IMG/VR virus record: IMGVR_UViG_3300027909_000021
Length of the DNA: 64,000 nucleotides
Strand: one strand, 5' to 3'
Source of the DNA: a virus
In this document: piece after piece, positions 49,952-59,344 of the stretch
Layout of the letters: each line of letters opens with the position of its first letter
How positions within the stretch are numbered: the first letter of the stretch is position 1
Translations under genes and position numbers: made by a program
The notes under the pieces: generated by a model
What the model was told of the DNA's origin: nothing
The model's input: only the letters and a program-made list of their open reading frames with translations
Database searches by the model: none

Positions 49952-50949
49952 GCGGCGAGAACTACATCAACCACATCGCGCTGGTACTGGATGCATCCGG
50001 GTCCATGAGCGGGCACCGGCGGTCGGTGATCACCGTCGCCGACAACCTGATGGCGCACCTGGCAAGGCGGTCACAGGAAATGGACCAGGAGACCAGGGTC
50101 ACCGTCTACGTGTTCAGCGACACGGTGAAATGTGCCATCTACGACAAGGACGTGCTGCGTCTGCCGTCGATTGCCACCCTGTACACCGGCGGCGGGATGA
50201 CGGCGCTGATCGACGCCACCGTGCAGTCGATATTGGACCTGGAGCAGACGGCGCAGCTGTACGGCGACCATTCGTTCCTGACGTACGTGCTGACCGACGG
50301 GCAGGAGAACCGCAGCCACAAGTTCAATGCCACCTTGCTGCGGGATCGGCTGGACAGGGCGCCGGAGAACTGGACGTTTGGCGCGTTCGTCCCGGATGCG
50401 CAGGGCGTGTTCGAGGCGAAGCGGTTTGGGTTCCCGGCGGGCAACATCGCCGTGTGGGACACCACGTCGCAGCAGGGTGTAGAAGACGTCGGCAAGCTGA
50501 TCACCGACACCGTCAACAGCTACATGACCGCCCGTGCCTCCGGTATCCGGGGTACCCGCAGCTTGTTCTCCACGGGTGCCGACGCGGTCAACGCGAAGAC
50601 GGTGGCGAAGCTGGCGCCGATGAAGGCGGGCTCGTACTTCTTGGTGCCGGTCCCGAAGGATGCGGTCATCAAGGAGTTCGTGGAGGCGACCGGTAACCAG
50701 TACAGGATCGGCCAGGCGTACTACCAGCTGATGAAGATCGAAACGATCCAGGGCAACAAGGCGCTGGCGGTGGTCGAGAAGGCCACGGCGAAGGTGTTCA
50801 CTGGCACCGGTGTCCGCGGCATGATCGGCCTGTCGGATCTGACGGTGCGGGTGAAGCCGAACCACAACCCGGAGTACGACATCTTCGTTCAGTCGACCAG
50901 CGTCAACCGCAAGTTGATCGCGGGCACGAAGGTGTTGATCCTGCCATGA
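49948..50949 (+). CDS. von Willebrand factor A (vWA) domain protein (333 aa)
   Basis: ATGA-coupled start. MIDAS motif LDASGSM ... GGMTAL ... LTDGQEN. The first ~830 nt of track ORF 49120-50949 are spurious. Confidence 0.8.
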   Translation: MSGENYINHIALVLDASGSMSGHRRSVITVADNLMAHLARRSQEMDQETRVTVYVFSDTVKCAIYDKDVLRLPSIATLYTGGGMTALIDATVQSILDLEQTAQLYGDHSFLTYVLTDGQENRSHKFNATLLRDRLDRAPENWTFGAFVPDAQGVFEAKRFGFPAGNIAVWDTTSQQGVEDVGKLITDTVNSYMTARASGIRGTRSLFSTGADAVNAKTVAKLAPMKAGSYFLVPVPKDAVIKEFVEATGNQYRIGQAYYQLMKIETIQGNKALAVVEKATAKVFTGTGVRGMIGLSDLTVRVKPNHNPEYDIFVQSTSVNRKLIAGTKVLILP

Positions 50950-51188
50950 GCAGCACATCTAGCCCGACCCAGTATCTACTGGAGCAAGTCATCGAGAGGG
51001 CCACGCTGGAGTACAAGGCCAGCGCCGAGTCTGGCTTCGGGGGACCGCCTCACTGTACGGCAACCGAGAACACTCAGGAATTCATTCAAACCATTCCGGC
51101 CGTGGGTGTGGATCTTCTGCTGCACCTCGCGGTGCTGGAGATCGCGGCATGGCGTTTGGCGTACCCGGATGAGATGTCAAGCCACTAA
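50946..51188 (+). CDS. hypothetical protein (80 aa)
   Basis: ATGA overlap. Confidence 0.6.
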   Translation: MSSTSSPTQYLLEQVIERATLEYKASAESGFGGPPHCTATENTQEFIQTIPAVGVDLLLHLAVLEIAAWRLAYPDEMSSH

Positions 51189-51212
51189 CGTCCCAGTGGT
51201 ACTATTGGGACC

Positions 51213-51362
51213 ATGAAATCAATCGTCCTAGAAGTCGTGGCGGTGGCGCCCGACGACTACGACTCCCAGGATCTCGTGGACATGATCAGCGAGATCCTGG
51301 CGATGGTCGAGATGAACGACAGCGTCAAGGTGATCAAGGAGGGGGCGATCGATGGCCGGTGA
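51213..51362 (+). CDS. small acidic protein (49 aa)
   Basis: ATG ORF with high GC3. Below the track cutoff. Confidence 0.45.
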   Translation: MKSIVLEVVAVAPDDYDSQDLVDMISEILAMVEMNDSVKVIKEGAIDGR

Positions 51363-51741
51363 CCTGTGGGTCCTGAAGGGGTCCGGCCAGGTGCTGGAGA
51401 ACGTGCACCAGCCGGGACAATGCGCCGGCTACTGGTGCACGATCCACCGGCCGATGCCAGGCCCTTGGCGGGACTGGCCGATGAGGTTCATCGCGAACGT
51501 CGTCATGGTGCGCACATGCCCTCATGGCATTGCCCATCCGGCGGTCGAGGATGTGATCAATCTTCTGGCCTATTCCGATCACGACTGCGACGGATGTGAC
51601 TGTGGAGCCGATGTCTGGGTGAGAGGACAGGGTGGGTTGTTTGGAGAAGGCGGCACAGGGCTCGAACCCGCCGGATGGGATGTTGATCCAGATCTGGATG
51701 CCCGACCGGGACCTGGGGATGAAACTGGTCCATTGGCTTGA
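51352..51741 (+). CDS. Cys/His-rich hypothetical protein
   Basis: Track ORF. Confidence 0.55.
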   Translation: MAGDLWVLKGSGQVLENVHQPGQCAGYWCTIHRPMPGPWRDWPMRFIANVVMVRTCPHGIAHPAVEDVINLLAYSDHDCDGCDCGADVWVRGQGGLFGEGGTGLEPAGWDVDPDLDARPGPGDETGPLA

Positions 51742-51880
51742 GCGCAACATCGGGTTCTACGACGTACCGGAGCTGGCGGAGTGGTATCACCCCCACGGCT
51801 ACATCATGGACATCTCGCCGGCTCCCGTCAGAGAACAGGACGAATCGTTCCACTGGCGCCAACCGGGAAGGCCCACGTGA
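51632..51880 (+). CDS. hypothetical protein (start may be ATG 51680)
   Basis: Track ORF. Confidence 0.5.
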   Translation: MGCLEKAAQGSNPPDGMLIQIWMPDRDLGMKLVHWLERNIGFYDVPELAEWYHPHGYIMDISPAPVREQDESFHWRQPGRPT

Positions 51881-52062
51881 TGACTGAGCAGCAACGCAAC
51901 ACCCCGGTCGTGATCATCTCGGTAGACGAGGATCTGGACGGACTACGGGCTGAGGCGGAGCGGCTTACCTCGAAGGTTCAGTGGATCACTGTTTCGCCGG
52001 ACAGGTTCGCCGAGCTGATGACCATGCTGCGCCAGAGGAAAGGACATGGCAATGAGCCATAG
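51880..52062 (+). CDS. hypothetical protein (60 aa)
   Basis: TGATG overlap; internal start of ORF 51781-52062. Confidence 0.55.
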   Translation: MTEQQRNTPVVIISVDEDLDGLRAEAERLTSKVQWITVSPDRFAELMTMLRQRKGHGNEP

Positions 52063-52100
52063 GTAAGCCGGGAGATACCCGGCAACTATGGGGAGTTGCC

Positions 52101-52475
52101 ATGTCACATACGGACAAAACGCGCCCCGAGTGGGTGCAGTTCCGTGATCCGCTGAACCGGCAGTTCATGAAGGAAGTCCACGATCATCGCGATGGCGCCT
52201 GCGACTTAGACGATTGGCTCCAGTCCAGGTGCGAATGGGTCCCATACTCCGAGTGGTATCACTGCTACCTCAACCATCCGTACTACCGGGCCTGGCACCG
52301 CGAGTTCCGCGAGCGCCAGCGCCGAGGCCACCGGCTCAATCAGTGGCGAATGGCTCGTGCCGCCTGGCGGCGCCAACGTTCCCAGCTGATTTCTGGCGAA
52401 CTTGACCCCGACGGGCTGCTGATTCCCCAGCACAAGCAGTACAACTCCTGGAAACAGGAGAGCTGGTACGACTAA
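52101..52475 (+). CDS. hypothetical protein (124 aa; MSHTDKTRPEWVQ N-terminus)
   Basis: Track ORF. Confidence 0.7.
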   Translation: MSHTDKTRPEWVQFRDPLNRQFMKEVHDHRDGACDLDDWLQSRCEWVPYSEWYHCYLNHPYYRAWHREFRERQRRGHRLNQWRMARAAWRRQRSQLISGELDPDGLLIPQHKQYNSWKQESWYD

Positions 52476-52486
52476 AGGAGAAGACA

Positions 52487-52786
52487 ATGGCCGCTCTAGT
52501 GGAGGCCGGGTTCGGGCGTCAGGTGGCCATGCTGGTGGCGGGGGTCATCAACAGCCACCTCATGACCTGTAACGGAGATCCCTGCGACGGGTGCTGCCCG
52601 CTGTGCTGCGCCCCCTGTTCAGCGCTGTTGTGGTTTCGGACCAACACCCAGGCCCGATTGCAACTGGCGTACTGGTTCCAAGAGTGGGACACCGGCTGGG
52701 ATTGGTGCCTACCAGACGGGCAGATTGCCTGGACGATGATCGACAAGCACTGGCAACACCAGTGCCCTGCATGTGGGGATGTGTGA
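52487..52786 (+). CDS. Cys-rich hypothetical protein (99 aa)
   Basis: Track ORF. AAAGGAGAAGAC lies upstream. Confidence 0.65.
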   Translation: MAALVEAGFGRQVAMLVAGVINSHLMTCNGDPCDGCCPLCCAPCSALLWFRTNTQARLQLAYWFQEWDTGWDWCLPDGQIAWTMIDKHWQHQCPACGDV

Positions 52787-52789
52787 CCG

Positions 52790-53026
52790 ATGACCTCGAA
52801 TGATCGGCTGGTGAAGCTGACGGTCCTGCTGACCCCAAAGGCGTACGACGCACTGGTTCTAGGTGCGCAGGCAGCCGGGTGCTCGAAGACCGACTTCGTG
52901 AACGCGTCGCTGCTCAAGACCGAGGAGCTGATGCGGGGGCTGTCGTTCCGGCTGCCCTGGTGGCTGCGCTGGCTGCCGATCAACCCGTACTTGAAGCTGG
53001 AGCCCGTGACTCGCGACGACGAATAG
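52790..53026 (+). CDS. ribbon-helix-helix (CopG/Arc-like) protein
   Basis: VKLTVLLTPKAYDALVLGAQAAGCSKTDFVNASL fits a strand-helix-helix. Confidence 0.55.
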   Translation: MTSNDRLVKLTVLLTPKAYDALVLGAQAAGCSKTDFVNASLLKTEELMRGLSFRLPWWLRWLPINPYLKLEPVTRDDE

Positions 53027-53103
53027 TTGCGGGCTCCAGCTGCCATCGCGCCTAGCGCCCGTGTAGTACACTGGGGACAGTGGGGCAAAGGGACGCCCCA
53101 AGA

Positions 53104-53304
53104 ATGGAGAGTCCAGTGGTGAAGGTCTACATCTTCGCCGGATTCATGACGGTCCTGGCGATTACCGGACTGGCCTGGTTGATCATCGCCAGGTTCGGGC
53201 TGGCAATCTTCCGGACCAAGAAGAAGGAGAAGAATGACCAAGCGACTCCGGTTACCGATCCTCGCCGCAATCGCGGCGGCGATGGTCCTGGCTTCTGGGT
53301 GTAG
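53104..53304 (+). CDS. small membrane protein
   Basis: A hydrophobic helix followed by KKKEK. It overlaps the next gene. Confidence 0.4.
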   Translation: MESPVVKVYIFAGFMTVLAITGLAWLIIARFGLAIFRTKKKEKNDQATPVTDPRRNRGGDGPGFWV

Positions 53305-54199
53305 CACTATCGCGGAACCCGACAAGGTGGGCTTGTACTACATGGAGGGTCCCAGCGACGGCTACGCGTTCAAGAAGTGCATCGAGCCCGGCAAGACCGG
53401 ACCAGCGGAGTGGAACAACTCGGTCGTGTACCTGCCGACGAACCTGCGGACGTGGAACATCGCGCCCGACGGCGGGGACACGGGGGCGGCTGTGGTGGTG
53501 TCCACCCAGCCGGAGACGAACCAGCCTTCCGGTGTCCAGGTGAAGGTCTGGTCGACGACCAGCTTCTACTTGAACACCTTCTGTGATGGGGATGGCGGCA
53601 TCGTCAAGTCGTTCTGGGAGAACATCGGCCGGCGATATGCTGCCGATGGGGATGCGGGCTGGCGCAACATGCTGGTCCAGGTCCTCGTCCCGGCGTTGGA
53701 GAAGGCCACCCAGGACGTGGTTCGCGGGTACACGGCCGATGCGCTCGTCGGCAATGTCGGCGGCGTACGTGCCGAGGCCCAGACCAAGATCAGCAGCCAG
53801 TTCACCGCGGAACTGAAGCGGCTGTCCGGCGGGGACTACTTCTGTGGGCCCGGGTTCAACCGGGCGCAGAAGGAATGCCCCCAGATCGAGATGATCATCC
53901 GCGACGTGGACTACGCCGACCCGGGAATCCAGGACGCGCGTAACGCCAAGCAGAAGGCCATCGAGCTGGCTGCGGCGAAGGTTGCCGAGGCGGAAGGTAA
54001 CGCCAGGGCCGCCCTGGCGCAGGCGTCGGGCGAACTGGCCGCCGCGCAGAAGCGTGGCGCTTTGTACGAGAACAAGGCGTGGGTTCAATTGCAGCTGGCG
54101 GAGAAGCAGTTGGCAGCAGTCGAGGCATGCGCCAAGAGCCAGTCGTGCATCATCAACATGGGCAGTGGCAGCAACCTGCTGCTGACCCCGCAGAAGTAG
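53234..54199 (+). CDS. lipoprotein with SPFH/Band-7-like domain and coiled-coil tail
   Basis: Signal peptide with the lipobox LASGC. The central region and the Ala/Gln-rich coiled coil are typical of the prohibitin/HflK family (judged by eye). Confidence 0.6.
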   Translation: MTKRLRLPILAAIAAAMVLASGCSTIAEPDKVGLYYMEGPSDGYAFKKCIEPGKTGPAEWNNSVVYLPTNLRTWNIAPDGGDTGAAVVVSTQPETNQPSGVQVKVWSTTSFYLNTFCDGDGGIVKSFWENIGRRYAADGDAGWRNMLVQVLVPALEKATQDVVRGYTADALVGNVGGVRAEAQTKISSQFTAELKRLSGGDYFCGPGFNRAQKECPQIEMIIRDVDYADPGIQDARNAKQKAIELAAAKVAEAEGNARAALAQASGELAAAQKRGALYENKAWVQLQLAEKQLAAVEACAKSQSCIINMGSGSNLLLTPQK

Positions 54200-54240
54200 A
54201 CCCCTGCCGGGGTCGTGGGACGTTCAGCCCGGCAGGAATC

Positions 54241-54276
54241 GAAGGCCCCTGGTTACCGCATGCGCCGGGGGCCTTC
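54241..54276 (+). terminator. Hairpin GAAGGCCCC/GGGGCCTTC
   Basis: 9-bp stem with an 18-nt loop. A smaller hairpin lies at 54199-54214. Confidence 0.5.
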
Positions 54277-54303
54277 ACTTATGCCACGGGGTACAGTGGG
54301 ACC

Positions 54304-54525
54304 ATGAACGGGTCGCAGAAGTGGCCGACGGCAGAGGAGCTACGTCCCCGAGGCGTGTGGGAAAGGCTTCAGGGGTGGTGGGGCCCAGCTGACTACGACC
54401 CAGCCCCCCGCGCTGAGCCAGTTTCCTGGGGTCCCCTCCGCGAAGTGGTCTACGAGACAATCAATAGATCCGAAGGGGTGAGGGACGCATGGCCGAAGGT
54501 GACTGGCACAAGATCGGTGATCTAG
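54304..54525 (+). CDS. hypothetical protein (73 aa)
   Basis: Internal ATG of ORF 54079-54525. Confidence 0.45.
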   Translation: MNGSQKWPTAEELRPRGVWERLQGWWGPADYDPAPRAEPVSWGPLREVVYETINRSEGVRDAWPKVTGTRSVI

Positions 54526-54713
54526 AACCTTTCATGGAGACACTGCACGGGCCCAACGTGACACGGTCCTGTATCGACTGTGGACGTAGATGCTACAGCG
54601 TGCCAAGTTGCCCCGACCCCCGCTGCACGACCTGCGCCACAACGTTCCGCGGGGCGCTGCCGGGACCGGAGCGACTAGCTTTGCGAACAAAGTTCCCCCG
54701 GGCCCGCGGCTAG
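54489..54713 (+). CDS. Cys-rich hypothetical protein (74 aa)
   Basis: Track ORF. Confidence 0.5.
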   Translation: MAEGDWHKIGDLEPFMETLHGPNVTRSCIDCGRRCYSVPSCPDPRCTTCATTFRGALPGPERLALRTKFPRARG

Positions 54714-54946
54714 TCCAAGCTTTCGTCGTTGGGAACGTCAATTCCCTTGGCGCGTAGGGCGTCCACTAGGACCCTGGTGTATTTGGCGGCGGCCAGACGC
54801 TGCGAGTTGACCATTGTGTGTGTCTCGTCAGCGGTCGCCTGGACCTGCCGGATCGCTTTGATGATCGCTATAGCGGCGGCAGTCACCGCGGTGATCAGCG
54901 TCCCCGCGGCACCCAGAACCAGGGCAATGTCTTGACCGCTCATCAT
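54710..54946 (-). CDS. small membrane protein (78 aa)
   Basis: ATGATGA junction with the upstream gene. It has one hydrophobic helix. Confidence 0.55.
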   Translation of the reverse strand: MMSGQDIALVLGAAGTLITAVTAAAIAIIKAIRQVQATADETHTMVNSQRLAAAKYTRVLVDALRAKGIDVPNDESLD

Positions 54947-55257
54947 GTGATCCGCACCGTCCCAGGCGCTTCGAGCACGGGGACCTCCGGCGCGTCGGTG
55001 ATCCTGATCCACATTATGTAGGTACCGACCGCCAGAACAAAACCACCGGCCGGGCCGATGAGAAGCCGGGCGTAGTAGGCGGTACCTGCGGTTTCCCATG
55101 ACGCGGCATGCCAATCGGGGCCCGCGGGGTCTACGCCCGGCGCCTTGAATGCTACCTCGACCACATCAGCGGTCGGGTTGTAGATGGCCCCGTTCACCGT
55201 CGCCAAGATCCTCGATCTGACGAATACGGTGGATAGGTCCGAGATGACGGCACTCAT
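54943..55257 (-). CDS. hypothetical protein (104 aa)
   Basis: Track ORF. Confidence 0.6.
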   Translation of the reverse strand: MSAVISDLSTVFVRSRILATVNGAIYNPTADVVEVAFKAPGVDPAGPDWHAASWETAGTAYYARLLIGPAGGFVLAVGTYIMWIRITDAPEVPVLEAPGTVRIT

Positions 55258-56051
55258 CGACAGTCCTCCTCTGGTGTCACGGCGGACCAGTTTGTATCAG
55301 GATCGGATGCAAACCAGCCGGTGGTGACACCGTCGGCCCGCCATCCGGTGGTCGGGGTCTGGGCACACCACACGACATCCGCGGGGGTCGGTGGCTGTGG
55401 GGGCAGGAACTGCACCTCGACGCCCGCCATGACCCACGTCTGCCCGCCCGGCGACGACATACCGATGGTGTAGGCGCCAGACGCTCCCACGGTGGCGTAG
55501 TAGGAGTAATGCACCGAGTTGGCGCCGATGTGAAAGTCACCGAGGCCACTTTCGGTGGCACCCAGCAGCGGTGCCCGGGTGGCCGGGTCGATGGATGACA
55601 CGTCGACCGAGCACCAGCTCAGTACCGAGCCCGGACCGACAGTGTTGATCACTGCCGACGGCAGCCCGGCTCCGTTTTTGACCGCGTTGATCGCCGGGAC
55701 TGCGGCCAGGAACGCCCCGCTGGAAGCAAGGTAGTGCTCGACGACCATGCCGTGGCGGCTGGGGGCGGCGGTGCCCGCGGAGGTGATGGCGTACGGCGCC
55801 GGGTTTCCGACGACGGTGCAGGTGTCGATGCGGGCGTATCCGTTGAACCCGCCGGGGGCTGCGGTGTTGGCGGTGTTGTACACCTGAGCACCGCCAGAGG
55901 TGGCCCCGGACGGGTTACCGGTGTCCCAGGTCGTCAACTTGATGATGATGACATCCCCGGCAACGGGGGTGGGCACCATCACCGGTGTGGACAAGGCGGC
56001 GATGTTAACGGCGGCAGAGTAGACCGGGTAGACGGCTACGGGGATCGGCAT
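55254..56051 (-). CDS. beta-rich hypothetical protein (265 aa)
   Basis: Track ORF with high GC3. Confidence 0.65.
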   Translation of the reverse strand: MPIPVAVYPVYSAAVNIAALSTPVMVPTPVAGDVIIIKLTTWDTGNPSGATSGGAQVYNTANTAAPGGFNGYARIDTCTVVGNPAPYAITSAGTAAPSRHGMVVEHYLASSGAFLAAVPAINAVKNGAGLPSAVINTVGPGSVLSWCSVDVSSIDPATRAPLLGATESGLGDFHIGANSVHYSYYATVGASGAYTIGMSSPGGQTWVMAGVEVQFLPPQPPTPADVVWCAQTPTTGWRADGVTTGWFASDPDTNWSAVTPEEDCR

Positions 56052-56151
56052 CCGGCCCCCCGGCGATCGGTGGCGCGCCCGAAGAACGCTCCTTTAGTTC
56101 CAGGATGTGCCAAAGGTAGCAGCTGGTTCAGGTTGGTCTCAAGTGTCCGAT

Positions 56152-56337
56152 TTACTGGTCGAACTGACCGTCTTTGATCGCGGCGATGAACGTGGCCCAC
56201 TCATCCCGACTGAACCAGATGACATCGGCGGGCATGTGGCTGTTACGTACGCCGACGTGCTCGGCTTCGCTGCGCGGGTCGAAAGCCACCTCGACACATT
56301 CGCCGGCGGAACACCCCGTCGGCTTGATCCAGTTCAT
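56152..56337 (-). CDS. DUF397 domain protein
   Basis: CSAGECVEVAF......VGVRNS......FSRDEWATFIAAIKDGQFD is a clear DUF397 pattern. Confidence 0.75.
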   Translation of the reverse strand: MNWIKPTGCSAGECVEVAFDPRSEAEHVGVRNSHMPADVIWFSRDEWATFIAAIKDGQFDQ

Positions 56338-59087
56338 GGGCCCCCCTCTGTGATGTTGGTGCCTCCGATGATCCAGCCCTGTTTGACCCAGTCGGGGATG
56401 TACGTCTTGGTGTTGCTCTTGACGAGTCGCTCGTAGCCGAGCAGGGACCGCAGGCTGTCGGCGAATCGCCTCCGTCCCAGCGGGTAGGGGCCGACGTTTT
56501 CCTTGTGGTACACCACATACGCCTGATAGACGGGATTGAATTCACACCGCTGCCCGGGTGCCTTGACCAGCTCCCCGGCGTCGATCGAATCACCGACAAA
56601 CTGGGCCACCGGGTCAACGTCGCGCTTGTGGTCAGCAACCGCCTGCTTGACCTGGTTCGGTTCGACAAGGCGTCCGGCTACCCGGAAGGCGCACAGAGCC
56701 GAAACCAGCAGGTTGAAAATACCGTCAGCCTCCACGGCGGCAATCTTGCGACCGATGTTCGGCTCCGACAGCTGGCCTACCGAGCCGTCGTCGGAGAACT
56801 GGGTCACAAACGGCAGCGTCTTGACCCGCTTCCACACCGCGTCTTCGTCGCTGGCGAACTTTGGCAGGTGGTTGGTGGCAAGCCAGATGGTGCACTGCGG
56901 TTCCCACTCCTGCTGCTTCTCGTACAGGCTGCGGGTTTTCATCCGGTCCTTGCCGGTCAGACGCTTGAGCAACTCGTCGTCGAGCTGCGAGTCCTGGCTG
57001 GTTTCCGAGGTGGTAACAAAGCGTGCACCACGCAGCTCGTGCAGGCCCGGGGTGGCGGCGTCGTTGCCCGGGGGGCGTTTATGGAACGCCGAGGCCATGG
57101 CGGTGACACCGTAGTCACCGAAGATGTCTTGCATCATCTCGACGAACTGGCTCTTGCCGGTGCCCGGCAACCCGTGCAGGAGGAAGAAGGACCGCTGGTC
57201 GGCTTCGCCGGTGAGGGTGTATCCCAGCGCCCGCATCACGTAGTCGCGCTGTTCAAAGTCGGGTAGCAGTTCGGCGAGGAACTTCTCGGCCCGGGGGGCT
57301 ACCGCGTCCGGGTTGTAGCTACAGCCCATCACCTTGGTCAGCATGTACTTCGGGTCGTGGGGTAGGAATTGCAGGGTGACCACGTCGTAGACGCCGTTGC
57401 GCAGGTTCAGGTAGCGCGGGTCGGCGTCGAAGTCGTTGGCCGAGCAGGTGACATGCGACCGGATGATCTTCAGGGCGTTGTCGGGGCCGGTGTTGCGCAG
57501 CTTCTTCACGTGGGCGGTGTACGCCTTGGCGTACACGCTGCCCTCCTTGGTCATGGTCTGAGCTTCGGCGTCCATCTGTTCGGTCAAAGCTTCCCAGGCC
57601 ATCGACACTTGGGCCCCACCGGGATCCTCGTCCCAACGCATCCCGTCCCACACCCGCCACATCTTCTGCTCGGACACGTAGCGGATGCAGCAGCGGTTCT
57701 TGTCCAGGAATCGCACACAGGCGCCGGTCAAGGTGTAGTCGTGGACACCTTTGGGACGGGCCAAGGTCATCGTGGGAGACGCCCCCTTCACCGGACTGTC
57801 CACATTGGACGGAGTGTTGGGTAGCCCGGAGGCCCAGTCCTCGTGCCCATCGGTCACCGACGGCCGCAACCGATCCCCGTATCCTTGTGCCGCAAGGGCC
57901 TTGGTGGCCTCGGCAAAGTTGCCGTTGTGGTTGTAGTGCGCATACACGAAGAACTTGGACAGCGGCTCCTCGGTCGGCAGGCCAGTCGCCGACGACATCA
58001 CATACAGGCGATCAAGGGCCCCTCGTCCGGCATGTCCAGTGGTGGCACTGTGACCGTCTTTGCGATCTTTACCCGGACGGACCCAGTAGACGGTGTTCCC
58101 ACCGGTGTGGCTGTAGGTCCAGCCTGCGGGTCCAATGATATCGGCCCAGTCGGCTCGTTCGTTAAAGTCGTCTCCAGGGCGTACGCCAGTTCCAGCGGTG
58201 CGCGGCGCGGGGGCAGAGACACTTCGCTCACGAGGTTCCTCCTTCGGCATCTCATCCAGGATCTCGCGCATCGCCCGATGGATCAGGTTGCGGGCGTCCC
58301 AGGTGATGGTGGGGATCTGGCCGAGCTGTCCCGACAAGACCTCCCAGGACCGACCGGTCGAGTGAACGGTGCCACCGGTCGGGGCGACAATGACATAGCC
58401 GCCCTCGCCTCGGGTTTCGGCGAGGACTTTCACCTTGTCGTCGGGCTTGGCGACTAGCTCTTCGGCGGTTGCAGAGCGGCGAGCGATCTTGGTGTTGCCG
58501 GGGACCTCGTGGTCGCCGATGCGATACAGCAGATGGATGCCACCCGACGGGGTGATCTCGGTGTAGCCGAACTCGTCGGACAGCAGCACTGCGAACGCAT
58601 CGCCGACACCGAGGTCATCGCAGCGTTCCCCAATCGCCTGGATGGATTCGGCGGTGAAGGCGCGGCCTTCCAGCTCGGTCATCTCCAGATTGCCGGAGAC
58701 TTTGCCGCAGACGATGCCGATGCCATAGTTCGGGTTATCGGCCCACCAGCTCTGGACTGCGGAGACGAAGGGGCGCTCCTGCTGCCACACCTTCCACTCA
58801 ACGGCCGGACGCTTAGTCCCATCGGCCCGAATGGGGACAACAGAGCAACCATTTTCCGCCCAAATCCGGGCAGCCTGGGCAATTGACCCTTGGTCCCATT
58901 GGCCAGTGGATGGTAGTGTCACGTCGTTCCTCTCTGGTTGCGAGAGAGTCGAGCCACCGGGCCCGGATGTCCCCACATCGCGGGCCCGCTTCGCGCGCTC
59001 TGAGGCCAAAGGGTGTTCGTAGGCTACGCCGTGGATCGTCGGTTGCGCCAGGGGTTCGCCCAAGGTTACTGTTGGGTCAGTTGGCAT
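56334..59087 (-). CDS. bifunctional primase-polymerase / D5-P4-type SF3 helicase
   Basis: The N-terminal region is prim-pol-like. It has Walker A GLPGTGKS and a C-terminal primase-associated region. 917 aa. Confidence 0.8.
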   Translation of the reverse strand: MPTDPTVTLGEPLAQPTIHGVAYEHPLASERAKRARDVGTSGPGGSTLSQPERNDVTLPSTGQWDQGSIAQAARIWAENGCSVVPIRADGTKRPAVEWKVWQQERPFVSAVQSWWADNPNYGIGIVCGKVSGNLEMTELEGRAFTAESIQAIGERCDDLGVGDAFAVLLSDEFGYTEITPSGGIHLLYRIGDHEVPGNTKIARRSATAEELVAKPDDKVKVLAETRGEGGYVIVAPTGGTVHSTGRSWEVLSGQLGQIPTITWDARNLIHRAMREILDEMPKEEPRERSVSAPAPRTAGTGVRPGDDFNERADWADIIGPAGWTYSHTGGNTVYWVRPGKDRKDGHSATTGHAGRGALDRLYVMSSATGLPTEEPLSKFFVYAHYNHNGNFAEATKALAAQGYGDRLRPSVTDGHEDWASGLPNTPSNVDSPVKGASPTMTLARPKGVHDYTLTGACVRFLDKNRCCIRYVSEQKMWRVWDGMRWDEDPGGAQVSMAWEALTEQMDAEAQTMTKEGSVYAKAYTAHVKKLRNTGPDNALKIIRSHVTCSANDFDADPRYLNLRNGVYDVVTLQFLPHDPKYMLTKVMGCSYNPDAVAPRAEKFLAELLPDFEQRDYVMRALGYTLTGEADQRSFFLLHGLPGTGKSQFVEMMQDIFGDYGVTAMASAFHKRPPGNDAATPGLHELRGARFVTTSETSQDSQLDDELLKRLTGKDRMKTRSLYEKQQEWEPQCTIWLATNHLPKFASDEDAVWKRVKTLPFVTQFSDDGSVGQLSEPNIGRKIAAVEADGIFNLLVSALCAFRVAGRLVEPNQVKQAVADHKRDVDPVAQFVGDSIDAGELVKAPGQRCEFNPVYQAYVVYHKENVGPYPLGRRRFADSLRSLLGYERLVKSNTKTYIPDWVKQGWIIGGTNITEGGP

Positions 59088-59173
59088 GGACTCGGTAGGC
59101 CTGGGCCCATGGTCTTCTCCTTTCTAGGAAGCCCGGCCGGGTCCCCCGTTCTTCGGCCGGGCTTCTGAATGTC

Positions 59174-59344
59174 TTAGAGCCCCTTTGCCGCCAGCAGCAC
59201 CTTGATCTCACGCAACTCCACCAGGATCATTCCCAGCAGGGACAGCTGGCCCAGCGCCGCCGCCGTGTCGTCCGGCATCCCGGGCGTCTCGATGAGGTTC
59301 TGAAGCTTCTTCAGCTGCTCGATCATCTCATCCCGGCCGGCCAT
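59174..59344 (-). CDS. hypothetical protein (56 aa)
   Basis: TGATG-coupled to the upstream gene. Below the track cutoff. Confidence 0.5.
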   Translation of the reverse strand: MAGRDEMIEQLKKLQNLIETPGMPDDTAAALGQLSLLGMILVELREIKVLLAAKGL

